Assembly (NCBI GenBank): GCA_963702205.1
Contig: OY969724.1
Coordinates: 3,168,001 to 3,232,000, forward strand
Reading direction: 5' to 3'
Source: an uncultured candidate division Zixibacteria bacterium
Lineage (GTDB): Bacteria > Zixibacteria > MSB-5A5 > GN15 > PGXB01
DNA length: 64,000 bases
Part shown: positions 29,228 through 39,320 of the stretch, piece after piece
Layout: each line of letters begins with the position of its first letter
How positions within the stretch are numbered: position 1 is the stretch's first letter
Translations under genes and position numbers: made by a program
Notes under the pieces: model-generated
Databases searched by the model: none
The model's input: the letters and a program-made list of their open reading frames with translations, nothing else
Told to the model about the DNA's origin: nothing

Positions 29228-30301
29228 ATGAGACAATCTTTAAAGACGTTTTTAATCTTCGTCCTTTTGGGCATTCCCGCAATATTATATGCGGATATTT
29301 GCGGAGACCCCAACGCTGACGGCAATATCAACATACTTGATATAGTTTATCTGGTAAACTACTGTTATTCTTCTCCTCCCGGTTAGCCTCCCGTAGAATG
29401 GGATGATGGCGATGTTAACAATGACGAGGAAATCAATCTGTTGGATATTTTGTATTTGATTGACTATACGTTCGGCGACCCCCAAGGACCTGAACCGCAA
29501 TGTTCAGGGACGGTCCCCGGCGAGGAATATATCGCTAACGTTTTTATTGACGCTGAGGTTACTTCAGAAGGCGATAACCCTGATGTCGTGGAAAAGGGCG
29601 ATAATTTCACAATTGATATTTATATGCAAAATTCATCAGGTTTTAAAGTCTATGGTTACAGCTGTACCTGGAAAATTTATAGTCCGACCGGTAACAATGT
29701 AACCTATGTGGATATGGGGGGTGAAACTTATGACGTGCCAAGTATGATTTTGCCCTTTGGCGGCTGGCGTCTGTCATCTACGCCCGGCGAGTTTTATTGG
29801 TCGCTTTTAAACTCTTACACCATGTTCAATATGGATGGAATCTTGCCCGATACATTTAGCCACGTTGCAATCGACATTCCTAATTTACCAAATAGTGGAA
29901 TATGGCCGGAAACGGATAATTTGCGAGAACTTCGCTTTCAAATAGGAATGAATTGCGCTGAGGCCGGGATTATCTGCATCGATTCTATCGACTATTCGCC
30001 GAATTCAAACTACGACTGGTTATGGGCTCCTCATTCTGATCCTGAATGGCTTGGAGAAGCCCTTTGTGTCAATATTGTCGATTCCTTACTCTGCGGTGAT
30101 ACTAATAGCGATGGCAATGTCAATCTGCTGGATATTCTCATAATTATTGGATATTTATATGCAGATCCCCCGGGCTATCCCCCTGTGCCCTGGGATGCCG
30201 GCGATGTCAATAATGACGGGAAAATTAACCTCCTGGATATTCTGTACTTGATTTCATACCTATACGTTTCGCCGCCAGGCCCGGACCCACATTGTATATG
30301 A
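29228..30301 (+). pseudogene. Secreted dockerin / cohesin-like / dockerin protein, interrupted by an in-frame TAG at 29384-29386
   Basis: ORFs 29162..29386 and 29441..30301 share a frame. Read-through gives ...SSPPG*PPVEWDDGDVNNDEEINLLDILYLI. The central domain is paralogous to the N-terminus of 26951..28717. Confidence 0.75.
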
Positions 30302-30381
30302 TAAAGGGCCAACAATGCCGATGAAGTGCGTGCTCGAACATGCACCCTATCCAAAATATATTTCGCGCGATATAATTTAAA

Positions 30382-30455
30382 TACCCCCGGCAGGACTCGA
30401 ACCTGCTACCCTCTGCTTAGAAGGCAGATGCTCTATCCACATGAGCTACGGGGGC
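30382..30455 (-). tRNA. tRNA-Arg (anticodon UCU), CCA not encoded
   Basis: GCCCCCGTAGCTCATGTGGATAGAGCATCTGCC-TTCT-AAGCAGAGGGTAGCAGGTTCGAGTCCTGCCGGGGGTA folds as a cloverleaf with a GTTCGA T-loop. Confidence 0.95.
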
Positions 30456-30637
30456 ATTGGATTTTCTCAGAACAGTCTGCGTCAGGAATCTACAGGATTC
30501 GCCCGGTATTGGCAATAGATTTTTGATCGGGACTTAAAGCACGGTCAAAATCCACCGCTTGCGAATGCTCGCGGGAAAGCAACTATATATCTGCCGATGG
30601 CCAGTTTTCGTTTACTGCTCCAATTATGCATCGGACG

Positions 30638-31750
30638 CTATTTAAAATACAGCCGTAAATCGATCTGGAAGCGGTCGAAATTCAGTTTGCGGTTTAAGTC
30701 CACGATGCTGTGATAATAAACCAGCCCGGCTTCGGTGTTCGGCGCCAGCATGTACGCCAACCGAGCCTCATGGCCTTTCTGGTTGGTGCCTCCCCCGCCG
30801 AACAAACCGTCGTTGAACTTCCCGATCACCACGTCGCTTTGCATATACCGATAAAAATAACTGAGCTTCCACGTGCCCGGCCCGCCGAGCGTACCCGCAT
30901 GACAACATATCTCATACCCGGTATTGTTGCTGTCGGCGGCGGCATTGCCGGCATAATCGAACGCGAGCACCAACGGAATTGTACTTAGATTATAATCCAA
31001 CTCCAGAAACGCCTCGACAATATCATAATCCCAAAGGTAATTGCCGTTTTCGTCGAGCGTATTGCCGAATCCTCTGGTCGAATCATAGAATGGCTTAAAA
31101 CTTTTGGCATTAATATAGCTGAAGTACGACATCCCCCAGTGCAGTCTGTTCTTGTCGCCACCGAGTGGATAGCTGAAAACACCCTGTATCCAGATGGTGT
31201 ACGAGTCCTTGCCCTTCATGCGTTCTTCGAGCCAGTACCCGGCGAGATTAATTCGGAAATTGAGTTTATCGTAATCGGTCGCATAGGTTGCCGCCAATCC
31301 CTCGGGCGTGACATTTTTCTCCCAGATCATTTCGGCTTCACCCGGCCGGAAAAACGGATCGACCATCTTGCCGCCCCAGATTTCCAAGCCTGAAACGCGC
31401 GTCGCCTTATAATCGAAATAAGCCTGGTCGATATAGACATTCTTGCTCGAAAAGCTGCCGGTCAAAGTCTGATTAACCGCGGTTGGATCAGGCGATCCGG
31501 CCCCGATACGCAGCACCGCCGTCATATCGTCGTTAACCTGACCGACCACTTTAAGCCGGGCGCGGACGCGATGTCGGCTCTGAGAGTAGCTCGTGATTTG
31601 ATCGGTTCCGGAGTTGTACTCTTGGGCGTCGGTTGTCTCGTGTCGGTACCGCATGTCGCCGGAGAGTTTTATGTTGTCGGGCCAGCCCTCGCCTCGCGCC
31701 GAAAAGACAATCGTCAAGAAAGACAGTGTAAGATATATAAATGATTTCAC
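30638..31750 (-). CDS. Putative outer-membrane porin (Porin_5-like)
   Basis: Signal peptide; IKLSGDMRYRHE...RHRVRARL...IDQAY...GKM..PF; amphipathic C-terminus FQIDLRLYFK. Confidence 0.75.
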   Translation of the reverse strand: MKSFIYLTLSFLTIVFSARGEGWPDNIKLSGDMRYRHETTDAQEYNSGTDQITSYSQSRHRVRARLKVVGQVNDDMTAVLRIGAGSPDPTAVNQTLTGSFSSKNVYIDQAYFDYKATRVSGLEIWGGKMVDPFFRPGEAEMIWEKNVTPEGLAATYATDYDKLNFRINLAGYWLEERMKGKDSYTIWIQGVFSYPLGGDKNRLHWGMSYFSYINAKSFKPFYDSTRGFGNTLDENGNYLWDYDIVEAFLELDYNLSTIPLVLAFDYAGNAAADSNNTGYEICCHAGTLGGPGTWKLSYFYRYMQSDVVIGKFNDGLFGGGGTNQKGHEARLAYMLAPNTEAGLVYYHSIVDLNRKLNFDRFQIDLRLYFK

Positions 31751-31860
31751 GGTCGCCTCCACCAAAAGCAGTTTATCTCGACGGGAGAATATATGCGGAG
31801 GTCCGGCATTGTCAACCGGTCAATTTGAGATATAGGTGGTCTGGAGGATTTACCGGTGAA

Positions 31861-33174
31861 TTAGTTTTTGTCGTTAGGATATCGGCCGACCGGCGGAAGA
31901 ACGTCGCGGCCGGTTATAAGTCGTGCCGCCCGGTTGAAAGTCAGATAATTCCAGGCCCACTGCACAAAGACGAAGAGACGGTTTTCGAATTCCACGAGAT
32001 TCATCAGGTGTATGAACAGCCAAATCAGCCAGCCGAAATAGCCGCCAATTTTCAGACGGCCGATCCTGGCGACGGCTTCGGAACGACCGATGGTCGCCAT
32101 GATGCCACGATCAATGTATTTGAATTGCGGCGTTTGGCGATTGGTCAGAATGTTTTTTATTCTTCGGGCGGCGTATCGTCCCTGCTGGACCGCTACGGGT
32201 GCTACACCTGTAAGAGGTTTCCCGGCAGAATCTTCAATACATGCCAAATCCCCGGCCACGAAGATCTCGGGGAATCCCGGGAGCGAAAGATCGTCGGCGA
32301 CTTTAATCCTCCCGGTGCGATCGACTTCCAGATTGGTTCTTTCGGCCAGCACTTTGCCCAGTGGCGAGGCTTTAACGCCAGCCGCCCACAGAATTGTCCG
32401 GCTGTTCAGGATTTCCCCTTTTCCACCGGAACTGACTTTAACGTAGCCATCGCCGATTTCGGTTACCGGGAAATCGGTCATAACTGTCACCCCCAATTTA
32501 TTCAAAGCGCGGACGGCATTGTCGATCAATGAATCGGGATAGGCGGGCAGGATTTTGGGTCCGGCTTCAATCAACGTGATCTTTGCCCGGGCGGTATCGT
32601 ACGATTTAAAATCATGCCGGAAAGCATCGTGCGCAATTTCACCCAGCGTTCCGGCCAGTTCCACCCCGGTCGGTCCCCCGCCGATGATAATGAAATTCAT
32701 CCAGCTTTCAACGGCTTGCTCGTCCGATTCTCTTTCCGCGGTTTCGAACGCCAGTAATATCCGCTTGCGTATTTCGAGCGCATCCTCGACCGTTTTAAGT
32801 CCCGGAGCGTGCTCGATCCAATTGTCGTGACCGAAATAAGAATGGCTCGATCCGGTGGCGACGATTAAATGATCATAGGATATTTCCCCGTCGCTCAATA
32901 CGACCTTCTTTTCATACGGCTTAAAATCGGTTACTTCGGCCATCATGACCCGCACGTTTTTCTGCCGACGTAAGATACGCCGCAAAGGTGAAGCGATATC
33001 CGCCGGAGACAGGGCCGCCGTGGCTACTTGATATAAAAGTGGTTGAAAAAGGTGGAAATTGCGCCGGTCTATCAGAGTTATTTCCGCCGGAACCCTGTTC
33101 AGAGCCCGCACGGCATTCAAACCGGCAAAGCCACCTCCGAGAACGACGATATGCTGCAGATGATTTCCAGTCAT
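31861..33174 (-). CDS. ndh: Type II NADH:quinone oxidoreductase
   Basis: GGGFAG, HLFQPLLYQVATA, GGGPTGVELAG, APVAVQQG. Confidence 0.92.
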   Translation of the reverse strand: MTGNHLQHIVVLGGGFAGLNAVRALNRVPAEITLIDRRNFHLFQPLLYQVATAALSPADIASPLRRILRRQKNVRVMMAEVTDFKPYEKKVVLSDGEISYDHLIVATGSSHSYFGHDNWIEHAPGLKTVEDALEIRKRILLAFETAERESDEQAVESWMNFIIIGGGPTGVELAGTLGEIAHDAFRHDFKSYDTARAKITLIEAGPKILPAYPDSLIDNAVRALNKLGVTVMTDFPVTEIGDGYVKVSSGGKGEILNSRTILWAAGVKASPLGKVLAERTNLEVDRTGRIKVADDLSLPGFPEIFVAGDLACIEDSAGKPLTGVAPVAVQQGRYAARRIKNILTNRQTPQFKYIDRGIMATIGRSEAVARIGRLKIGGYFGWLIWLFIHLMNLVEFENRLFVFVQWAWNYLTFNRAARLITGRDVLPPVGRYPNDKN

Positions 33175-33321
33175 TCAATTCACTCCTTTGGTTCAAGAAC
33201 AGCGATAGTTTTCAAAGGTTCGGGGAATATCCGGACTGTTTGCACTAATGTTGCATTTGTCTCTTGACATTGAGTACGAAATATAATACGGTATGCCGAA
33301 ATTAACGAACCTGATGTTGAT

Positions 33322-34722
33322 ATGGCAAAAATGTCGGCACCGATAAATATCGACTCGAAGGGCAACATTTCCATCACATTGAATCTCAAGCTGGTTTTCA
33401 GGCTTATTATAATCCTGGGCTTGTCGTTCGGCGCGTATTATATCCCCCTGTCGGGATTAGAGACGGGCAGCCGGATCTGCCTTATGATATTTATCGGGGC
33501 GGCTGCTCTCTGGGTCACCGAGACCATTCCCCCGTTTGCGACGGCTATCATGGTTATCGTTCTGAGCGTATTTCTTCTCGGACAGCCGGGCGGACCGCTC
33601 GGCTTTGACCGATCCGGCTATGAAATTTTTCTGAACCCGATTGCCTCTCCGGTTCTGGTTCTGTTTTTCGGCGGTTTCATTCTGGCTATCGCCGCCACCA
33701 AGCATGGCCTCGACGTCCGCATGGCGCGGGCCTTCATCAAGCCGTTCGGGACCCATCCGCGGATGGTGTTGTTGGGCATAATACTCACTACCGGCGTCTT
33801 TTCCATGTTCATGTCGAACACGGCCACGACCGCTATGATGATCGCGATTATGACCCCGCTGTTTAAACATTTCGAGGGCCGCGATCCGTTCAAGAAAGCG
33901 ATGGTTCTCGCGATTCCTTTTGCATCGAATATCGGCGGACTGGGGACGATCATCGGCACGCCGCCCAACGCCGTCGCCGCGTCGGTCATGGCCGGGCTGG
34001 GGCATCCCATATCGTTTTTCAAGTGGATGCTGGTCGGTGCGCCATTGGCCGCTTTGCTCCTGATCGGTTTGTGGATTGTACTTATAAAATTTTTCAAAAT
34101 TCGTACGGATCATTTCGAAATGCTTTTCCCCGAACAGCTCAAGGTATCCTGGGATCTGCTGGTGGTCGTGATTACTTTTGCCGTCACGATCCTGCTCTGG
34201 CTAACCGAACCGTTGCACGGCATCCCGGCGGCGGTGGCGGCCCTGCTGCCGGTAATGATATTCACTGTTTTCGGAATCATCGACCGTTATGATATGAAGA
34301 AACTCGACTGGGATGTCTTGATACTGGTCGCGGGCGGACTGACTCTGGGCGTGGCGATGAAAGTCTCGGGCTTATCCGAAGTACTGGTTAATCAGCTCAA
34401 GTTTTTGCATATGGGTTCGTTGGCGCTCCTGATCATTATCATAATATTTTCCATCTTGATATCGAATTTCATGAGCAATACATCGGCCGCCAACCTTATA
34501 ATCCCGATTGTAACCGCCCTGGCAACGATAGATCCCGGTGTCGGGGCGATGGGTGTCGCGTTCGCCTGTTCCATGGCCATGAGCCTGCCGATAAGTACTC
34601 CCCCCAATGCCATTGCCTTCGCCACCCAGGAGATAGAAACTCGTGAAATGGTCAAGTACGGGACTATTGTCTCCGTTATTGGGCTGGTTCTGATTGTCGG
34701 GCTGATGTTTATACTAATGTAG
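33322..34722 (+). CDS. DASS/SLC13 family anion (sulfate/dicarboxylate) transporter
   Basis: Twin motifs MSNTAT...GTPPN and MSNTSA...STPPN. Confidence 0.9.
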   Translation: MAKMSAPINIDSKGNISITLNLKLVFRLIIILGLSFGAYYIPLSGLETGSRICLMIFIGAAALWVTETIPPFATAIMVIVLSVFLLGQPGGPLGFDRSGYEIFLNPIASPVLVLFFGGFILAIAATKHGLDVRMARAFIKPFGTHPRMVLLGIILTTGVFSMFMSNTATTAMMIAIMTPLFKHFEGRDPFKKAMVLAIPFASNIGGLGTIIGTPPNAVAASVMAGLGHPISFFKWMLVGAPLAALLLIGLWIVLIKFFKIRTDHFEMLFPEQLKVSWDLLVVVITFAVTILLWLTEPLHGIPAAVAALLPVMIFTVFGIIDRYDMKKLDWDVLILVAGGLTLGVAMKVSGLSEVLVNQLKFLHMGSLALLIIIIIFSILISNFMSNTSAANLIIPIVTALATIDPGVGAMGVAFACSMAMSLPISTPPNAIAFATQEIETREMVKYGTIVSVIGLVLIVGLMFILM

Positions 34723-34854
34723 TGGTTTTTCTCAATTAAACACTAACTTATCCATAAACCCAAAAAATAATTTGAAAAAACTTGTTGGCCTCGCTCTCTG
34801 ATCCGGCTATTTTCGTGGATAGAATATATCAACGTTTAACCGGGGTATGGCTGG

Positions 34855-36210
34855 ATGGATACATTAGCTCTTTCACGGTTTCAATTCGCCCTGACGATAG
34901 GATTTCATTACATATTTCCACCCTTGAGTATCGGCCTGGGCCTTATACTGGTCCTGATGGAAGGCATGTACATTAAAACGAAAAAACCGCTGTACCATCA
35001 GATGACCCGATTCTGGGTGAAAATATTCGGGCTTATATTCGCGATCGGTGTGGCCACCGGGATTGTCATGGAATTTCAGTTCGGCACCAACTGGTCGGTT
35101 TACTCGCGGTTTGTGGGCGACGTGTTCGGCAGTGCGCTGGCCGCCGAGGGCGTCTTCGCGTTCTTTCTCGAATCGGGCTTTCTGGCCGTGCTGCTTTTCG
35201 GCTGGACCAAAGTCAGTCGCGGGTGGCATTTCGTCGCGACCATCATGGTTTGCCTCGGCGCTCATTTTTCGGCAATCTGGATTGTCGTCGCCAATTCGTG
35301 GCAGCAGACTCCCGACGGTTTCCATATTGTCGAGCACGCCGGGATTCCAAGAGCGGAAATCGTCGATTTCTGGAGAGTGGTTTTCAACCCATCGTTTCTC
35401 GACCGTATTTCGCACGTCTATGTGTCGGCGTGGTTGAGTGCGGCGATGTTTGTATTGAGTGTCAGCGCGTGGTATATATTGAAAAACAAACATCTCGATT
35501 TCGCCAAGCGTTCCTTTAAAATCGGAATAGTTTTCGCAGCCTTCGCATCGATTCTTCAGCTTTTCACCGGGCACGAAAGCGCCAGGACGCTGGCCGAAAC
35601 CCAGCCGGCCAAACTGGCTTCTTATGAAGGTCATTGGCTGACCTCAGAACCGGCCGGGCTGTATATGTTCGGGTGGGTCGACGAAAACAACCAGCAAACT
35701 TATGGACTTAAAATCCCCGGCATGTTGAGCTATCTGGTCGGCGGTTCCACCACGTCTCGGGTGACCGGTTTGGATACTTTCAAACCGGAAGATAGGCCCC
35801 CGATCAACGTAGTCTTTCAATCGTACCATATTATGGTCTTGATTGGCCTGTCCCTGATCCTGCTCAGCTGGGTGGGGCTGATACTCTGGTGGCGAAAATC
35901 ACTGTTCAGGATACGCTGGCTGCTGTGGGTTTTTGTCTTTTCGGTATTGGGGCCCCAGCTGGCCAATCAACTGGGCTGGATGTCGGCCGAAGTGGGCCGA
36001 CAGCCGTGGATTGTCTACGGCCTGCTCCGCACCAAAGATGCCTTTTCGCCGGTCGTTTCGAGCGGCGAAGTGATTTCTTCGCTTATTATGTTTTCAGCGA
36101 TATACATTCTGCTCCTGGCCCTGTTCGTCTTTCTCCTGAACATGAAAATCCAGGCTGGTCCATCGGATGATGACCTTAACGTGGAGGTGGCGACTCATGG
36201 GATGGCTTGA
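34855..36210 (+). CDS. cydA: Cytochrome bd quinol oxidase subunit I
   Basis: FHYIFPP, EFQFGTNW, FFLES, QPAKLA Q-loop, EVGRQPW. Confidence 0.97.
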   Translation: MDTLALSRFQFALTIGFHYIFPPLSIGLGLILVLMEGMYIKTKKPLYHQMTRFWVKIFGLIFAIGVATGIVMEFQFGTNWSVYSRFVGDVFGSALAAEGVFAFFLESGFLAVLLFGWTKVSRGWHFVATIMVCLGAHFSAIWIVVANSWQQTPDGFHIVEHAGIPRAEIVDFWRVVFNPSFLDRISHVYVSAWLSAAMFVLSVSAWYILKNKHLDFAKRSFKIGIVFAAFASILQLFTGHESARTLAETQPAKLASYEGHWLTSEPAGLYMFGWVDENNQQTYGLKIPGMLSYLVGGSTTSRVTGLDTFKPEDRPPINVVFQSYHIMVLIGLSLILLSWVGLILWWRKSLFRIRWLLWVFVFSVLGPQLANQLGWMSAEVGRQPWIVYGLLRTKDAFSPVVSSGEVISSLIMFSAIYILLLALFVFLLNMKIQAGPSDDDLNVEVATHGMA

Positions 36211-37222
36211 TCTGAACAGTATCTGGTTTATTCTGGTCGGCGTTCTGTTTTCCGGCTACGCCGTCCTCGACGGCTTCGACCTGGGCGTGGGGGCCCTGCA
36301 CCTGTTCACCAGGGGTGACACGCACCGTCGCCTCATGATTAACGCTATCGGCCCGGTCTGGGACGGCAACGAAGTCTGGCTGGTAACGGGCGGCGGCGCG
36401 TTATTTGCGGCCTTTCCGATCGTCTACGCGACAGCATTCTCCGGGTTTTATATCGCTCTTATGCTGCTTCTGTTCGCTCTGATATTCCGCGCCGTGGCGA
36501 TCGAGTTCAGGAGTAAAAAACCGGAGTATGCCTGGCGGCAAACGTGGGATGTGAGTTTCAGCATCAGCAGTATTTTATCGGCTCTTCTAATCGGAGTTGC
36601 TCTGGGCAACATCGCCAAAGGCGTCCCGCTCGATGTCTCAGGAGAATATGCCGGTTCATTTTTCGGATTGCTTCACCCCTACCCGGTCCTGGTAGGTGTC
36701 ACGACGGTGGCGCTGTTTGCCATGCACGGGGCAATATACATACTGCTTAAATCCGAGGGCGAGCTGCACGATCTGATCCGCTCCTGGATCAACCGGCTGA
36801 TTATAATATTTATGGTGCTTTATGTAGCTACTTCCGTGGTGACCATAGTGTTTATGCCGCAGATGACCGCCGCTTTTAAAGAAGCTCCGATTTTGTTTAT
36901 AGTACCGGTCTTGAATGCGCTGGCCATCGCCAATATTCCGAGGGAAGTACATCACGGCCGCGACTGGCGGGCGTTCGTGTCATCGTGCTTTTCCATGATA
37001 TTCCTGCTGGCGATTTTCGGGATCGGCATGTACCCTCACATGATTTATTCGGTCCCGAATCCCGAGCATAGCCTGGATATCTATAATGCCGCGTCGTCGC
37101 AAAAGACTTTGAAAATAATGCTGACAATCGCCCTGGTCGGCATGCCGCTGGTGATTGCCTACACGACCGTCATCTACCGGATATTCCGGGGTAAGGTTCA
37201 ACTGGATGCAACCAGCTATTAG
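36197..37222 (+). CDS. cydB: Cytochrome bd quinol oxidase subunit II
   Basis: LDGFDLGVG, IGPVWDGNEVWL. Confidence 0.97.
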   Translation: MGWLDLNSIWFILVGVLFSGYAVLDGFDLGVGALHLFTRGDTHRRLMINAIGPVWDGNEVWLVTGGGALFAAFPIVYATAFSGFYIALMLLLFALIFRAVAIEFRSKKPEYAWRQTWDVSFSISSILSALLIGVALGNIAKGVPLDVSGEYAGSFFGLLHPYPVLVGVTTVALFAMHGAIYILLKSEGELHDLIRSWINRLIIIFMVLYVATSVVTIVFMPQMTAAFKEAPILFIVPVLNALAIANIPREVHHGRDWRAFVSSCFSMIFLLAIFGIGMYPHMIYSVPNPEHSLDIYNAASSQKTLKIMLTIALVGMPLVIAYTTVIYRIFRGKVQLDATSY

Positions 37223-37261
37223 GGATAAAGCCGGGACAAGTATGCGTCCTGGAGCAAAAGA

Positions 37262-38077
37262 ATGATTGAATGGTTCGAGGATTTAAACCCGGTCGGGCAG
37301 GCCTTTGCGGGGACTATATTCACGTGGCTGATGACGGCTCTGGGGGCGGCCGGGGTGTTTCTCGCCCGGGAGATGAAGCGCAAGACGCTCGACGGCATGC
37401 TCGGCTTCGCAGCCGGAGTGATGATTGCCGCCAGCTTCTGGTCACTTCTGGCTCCGGCGATTGAAATGTCCGAGGGCAAATCAATTCCGGCCTGGATTCC
37501 GGCGGCAATTGGATTCCTGGGCGGGGCACTGTTCCTTCGACTGACAGATTTCATCCTCCCGCACCTTCATCCCAGCTTAAAGAACTCAGAGGAGCCGGAA
37601 GGCATCAAGACTACTTGGCGCCGGACAACGCTGCTGGTGCTGGCGATAACATTGCATAATTTCCCCGAAGGGCTGGCGGTCGGGGTGGCGTTCGGTGCCG
37701 CCGCAGCGGGTCTGGAGTCGGCCACGCTGGCCAGTGCCATCGCGCTGGCTCTGGGGATCGGTATACAGAACTTTCCCGAGGGGCTGGCAGTGTCGATGCC
37801 GCTGCGAAGAGAGAAGGTGTCGCGGTTCAAGAGTTTCTGGTATGGTCAACTGTCAGGTGTGGTCGAGCCGATTGCGGGTGTGATTGGAGCAGCGACGGTT
37901 ATAATTGCCCGGCCTATTCTACCCTATGCCCTGTCGTTTGCTGCGGGGGCGATGATTTTTGTGGTGGTCGAAGAAATGGTGCCGGAATCGCACCGGGGTG
38001 GCCACAATCACGCCGCCACCCTCGGAGCCGTCCTCGGGTTTGCGGTCATGATGACTCTGGACGTAGCTCTTGGCTGA
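37262..38077 (+). CDS. ZIP family (GufA/ZupT-like) metal transporter
   Basis: LHNFPEGLAVG, IQNFPEG, SGVVEP. Confidence 0.93.
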   Translation: MIEWFEDLNPVGQAFAGTIFTWLMTALGAAGVFLAREMKRKTLDGMLGFAAGVMIAASFWSLLAPAIEMSEGKSIPAWIPAAIGFLGGALFLRLTDFILPHLHPSLKNSEEPEGIKTTWRRTTLLVLAITLHNFPEGLAVGVAFGAAAAGLESATLASAIALALGIGIQNFPEGLAVSMPLRREKVSRFKSFWYGQLSGVVEPIAGVIGAATVIIARPILPYALSFAAGAMIFVVVEEMVPESHRGGHNHAATLGAVLGFAVMMTLDVALG

Positions 38078-38109
38078 TTAGATTATTATGGCTCCAATAA
38101 AGTCCGACT

Positions 38110-38628
38110 CTACAGGCAGAGCATGGTCGGTTTTGTTTTGCGGTGACGATATATATAATCTACGGCCCCGTAAAATATCAGGACAAGAACGGCCATGGCG
38201 ACGATCATCGGATTCAAATCGGCGCTCTTAAAGAGAGTGCCTATATAATCTATCAAATTGAAACTCAATATGGCCTTTACATAGCCCAAGCCGTATGAAA
38301 ATTCCGGCCAGCTTTTGGGGATGGCATCGAAATAGTACAAAACGCCGCAAACCATCGCCGCCGCACCAATTATATAAAAAACCGGCTCCCAAAAACGCCA
38401 CTGCCGGGCCGTAACGGCTTCGGGATATACTTCGGCCATCACCTTGTCGGCGAAATTGTACGGAAACCGGAATTCGGAATCATCGCCCAGGCCCTGAAAG
38501 ACAAGACGATACTCCTCGATACGTGACCGGCATTGTTCGCACGATTCGAGATGCTTTTCAATATCCGGCGCACATGCACCATCGAGATAGTCCTGAATCG
38601 CCTGATCGTCAAGATGACCTAATTCCAT
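38110..38628 (-). CDS. Membrane anti-sigma factor with zf-HC2 (ZAS) domain
   Basis: HLDD...HLESCEQC plus two TM helices; overlaps the ECF sigma gene. Confidence 0.85.
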   Translation of the reverse strand: MELGHLDDQAIQDYLDGACAPDIEKHLESCEQCRSRIEEYRLVFQGLGDDSEFRFPYNFADKVMAEVYPEAVTARQWRFWEPVFYIIGAAAMVCGVLYYFDAIPKSWPEFSYGLGYVKAILSFNLIDYIGTLFKSADLNPMIVAMAVLVLIFYGAVDYIYRHRKTKPTMLCL

Positions 38629-39203
38629 AAATCCTCCTGGCTGTAACGAGCCAAAAGTCTTTCTTTCAACAGTTTCCGTCCTCGGAAAATATAGCTTTTT
38701 ATGGTTCCCTCGGGAACTTTCATAATATCGGTAATCTCATTATAAGACATACCGTCCAGATGATACAAAGTCAATGCCGTTTTATAATATACAGGCAGTT
38801 TATCGATTTCATTCCTGACCAGTTCGGATATGACTTTCCGCTCGGTATGCACATCCGGGGAGGAGACCCGGGGTATGTCGGCCTCAGTATCTTCGTAATC
38901 GAGGACGGCTTCATCGACCAGTGGAATATTTTTCTTTTCGACAAAGCTCAAGCCCATATTATAGGCGATCCGGGCTATCCACGTGGACAGTTTGGCCTCG
39001 CGCCGGAAATTAGAAAGATTCCGATACACCCTGATAAACACCTCCTGACACAAATCTTCGCGGTCCTGACGGTCGCTAACCATCCGGAAAATAATATGGC
39101 TGACCAGACGCTGGTTTTGTTCGATCAGTTTCCTGAAGGCAGCTTTATTGCCGCTCAGGATTTCGTCGATCAGCGCGCCGGATTCGGGCGGACCATCGTT
39201 CAT
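38619..39203 (-). CDS. ECF RNA polymerase sigma factor (SigW-like)
   Basis: EDLCQEVF, STWIARIAYN, MSYNEI...GTIKSYIFRGR; ATG 39203 lies 7 nt after the -10 element. Confidence 0.93.
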   Translation of the reverse strand: MNDGPPESGALIDEILSGNKAAFRKLIEQNQRLVSHIIFRMVSDRQDREDLCQEVFIRVYRNLSNFRREAKLSTWIARIAYNMGLSFVEKKNIPLVDEAVLDYEDTEADIPRVSSPDVHTERKVISELVRNEIDKLPVYYKTALTLYHLDGMSYNEITDIMKVPEGTIKSYIFRGRKLLKERLLARYSQEDLWN

Positions 39204-39210
39204 ATATAGA

Positions 39211-39288
39211 TTTGACCTCGTTTCCATGAATTTGTTGCAGCAATATTTTCATAACGCTCTGCAACATTTTCCGACGGGTCAAGTCTAA
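39211..39288. promoter_or_regulatory. Back-to-back ECF-type promoters
   Basis: Minus strand CTGCAAC-N17-GTCAAA (39211-39240); plus strand CTGCAAC-N17-GTCTAA (39259-39288). Confidence 0.75.
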
Positions 39289-39320
39289 CTTGTCAAAAGC
39301 GAACAAGAAAGGAGAAAATA

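Noticed and set aside
29384..29386. Genome-wide TAG reassignment or pyrrolysine
   Set aside because: TAG ends several conserved genes at the expected length (e.g. cydB, DASS transporter), and no pyl genes are present
26951..30301. Diversity-generating retroelement TR/VR pair
   Set aside because: The paralogous segments differ at all base types, mostly at synonymous positions, and no reverse transcriptase is in the window
30302..30455. Prophage or integrative element at tRNA-Arg
   Set aside because: No integrase and no duplicated tRNA 3' end was seen in the window
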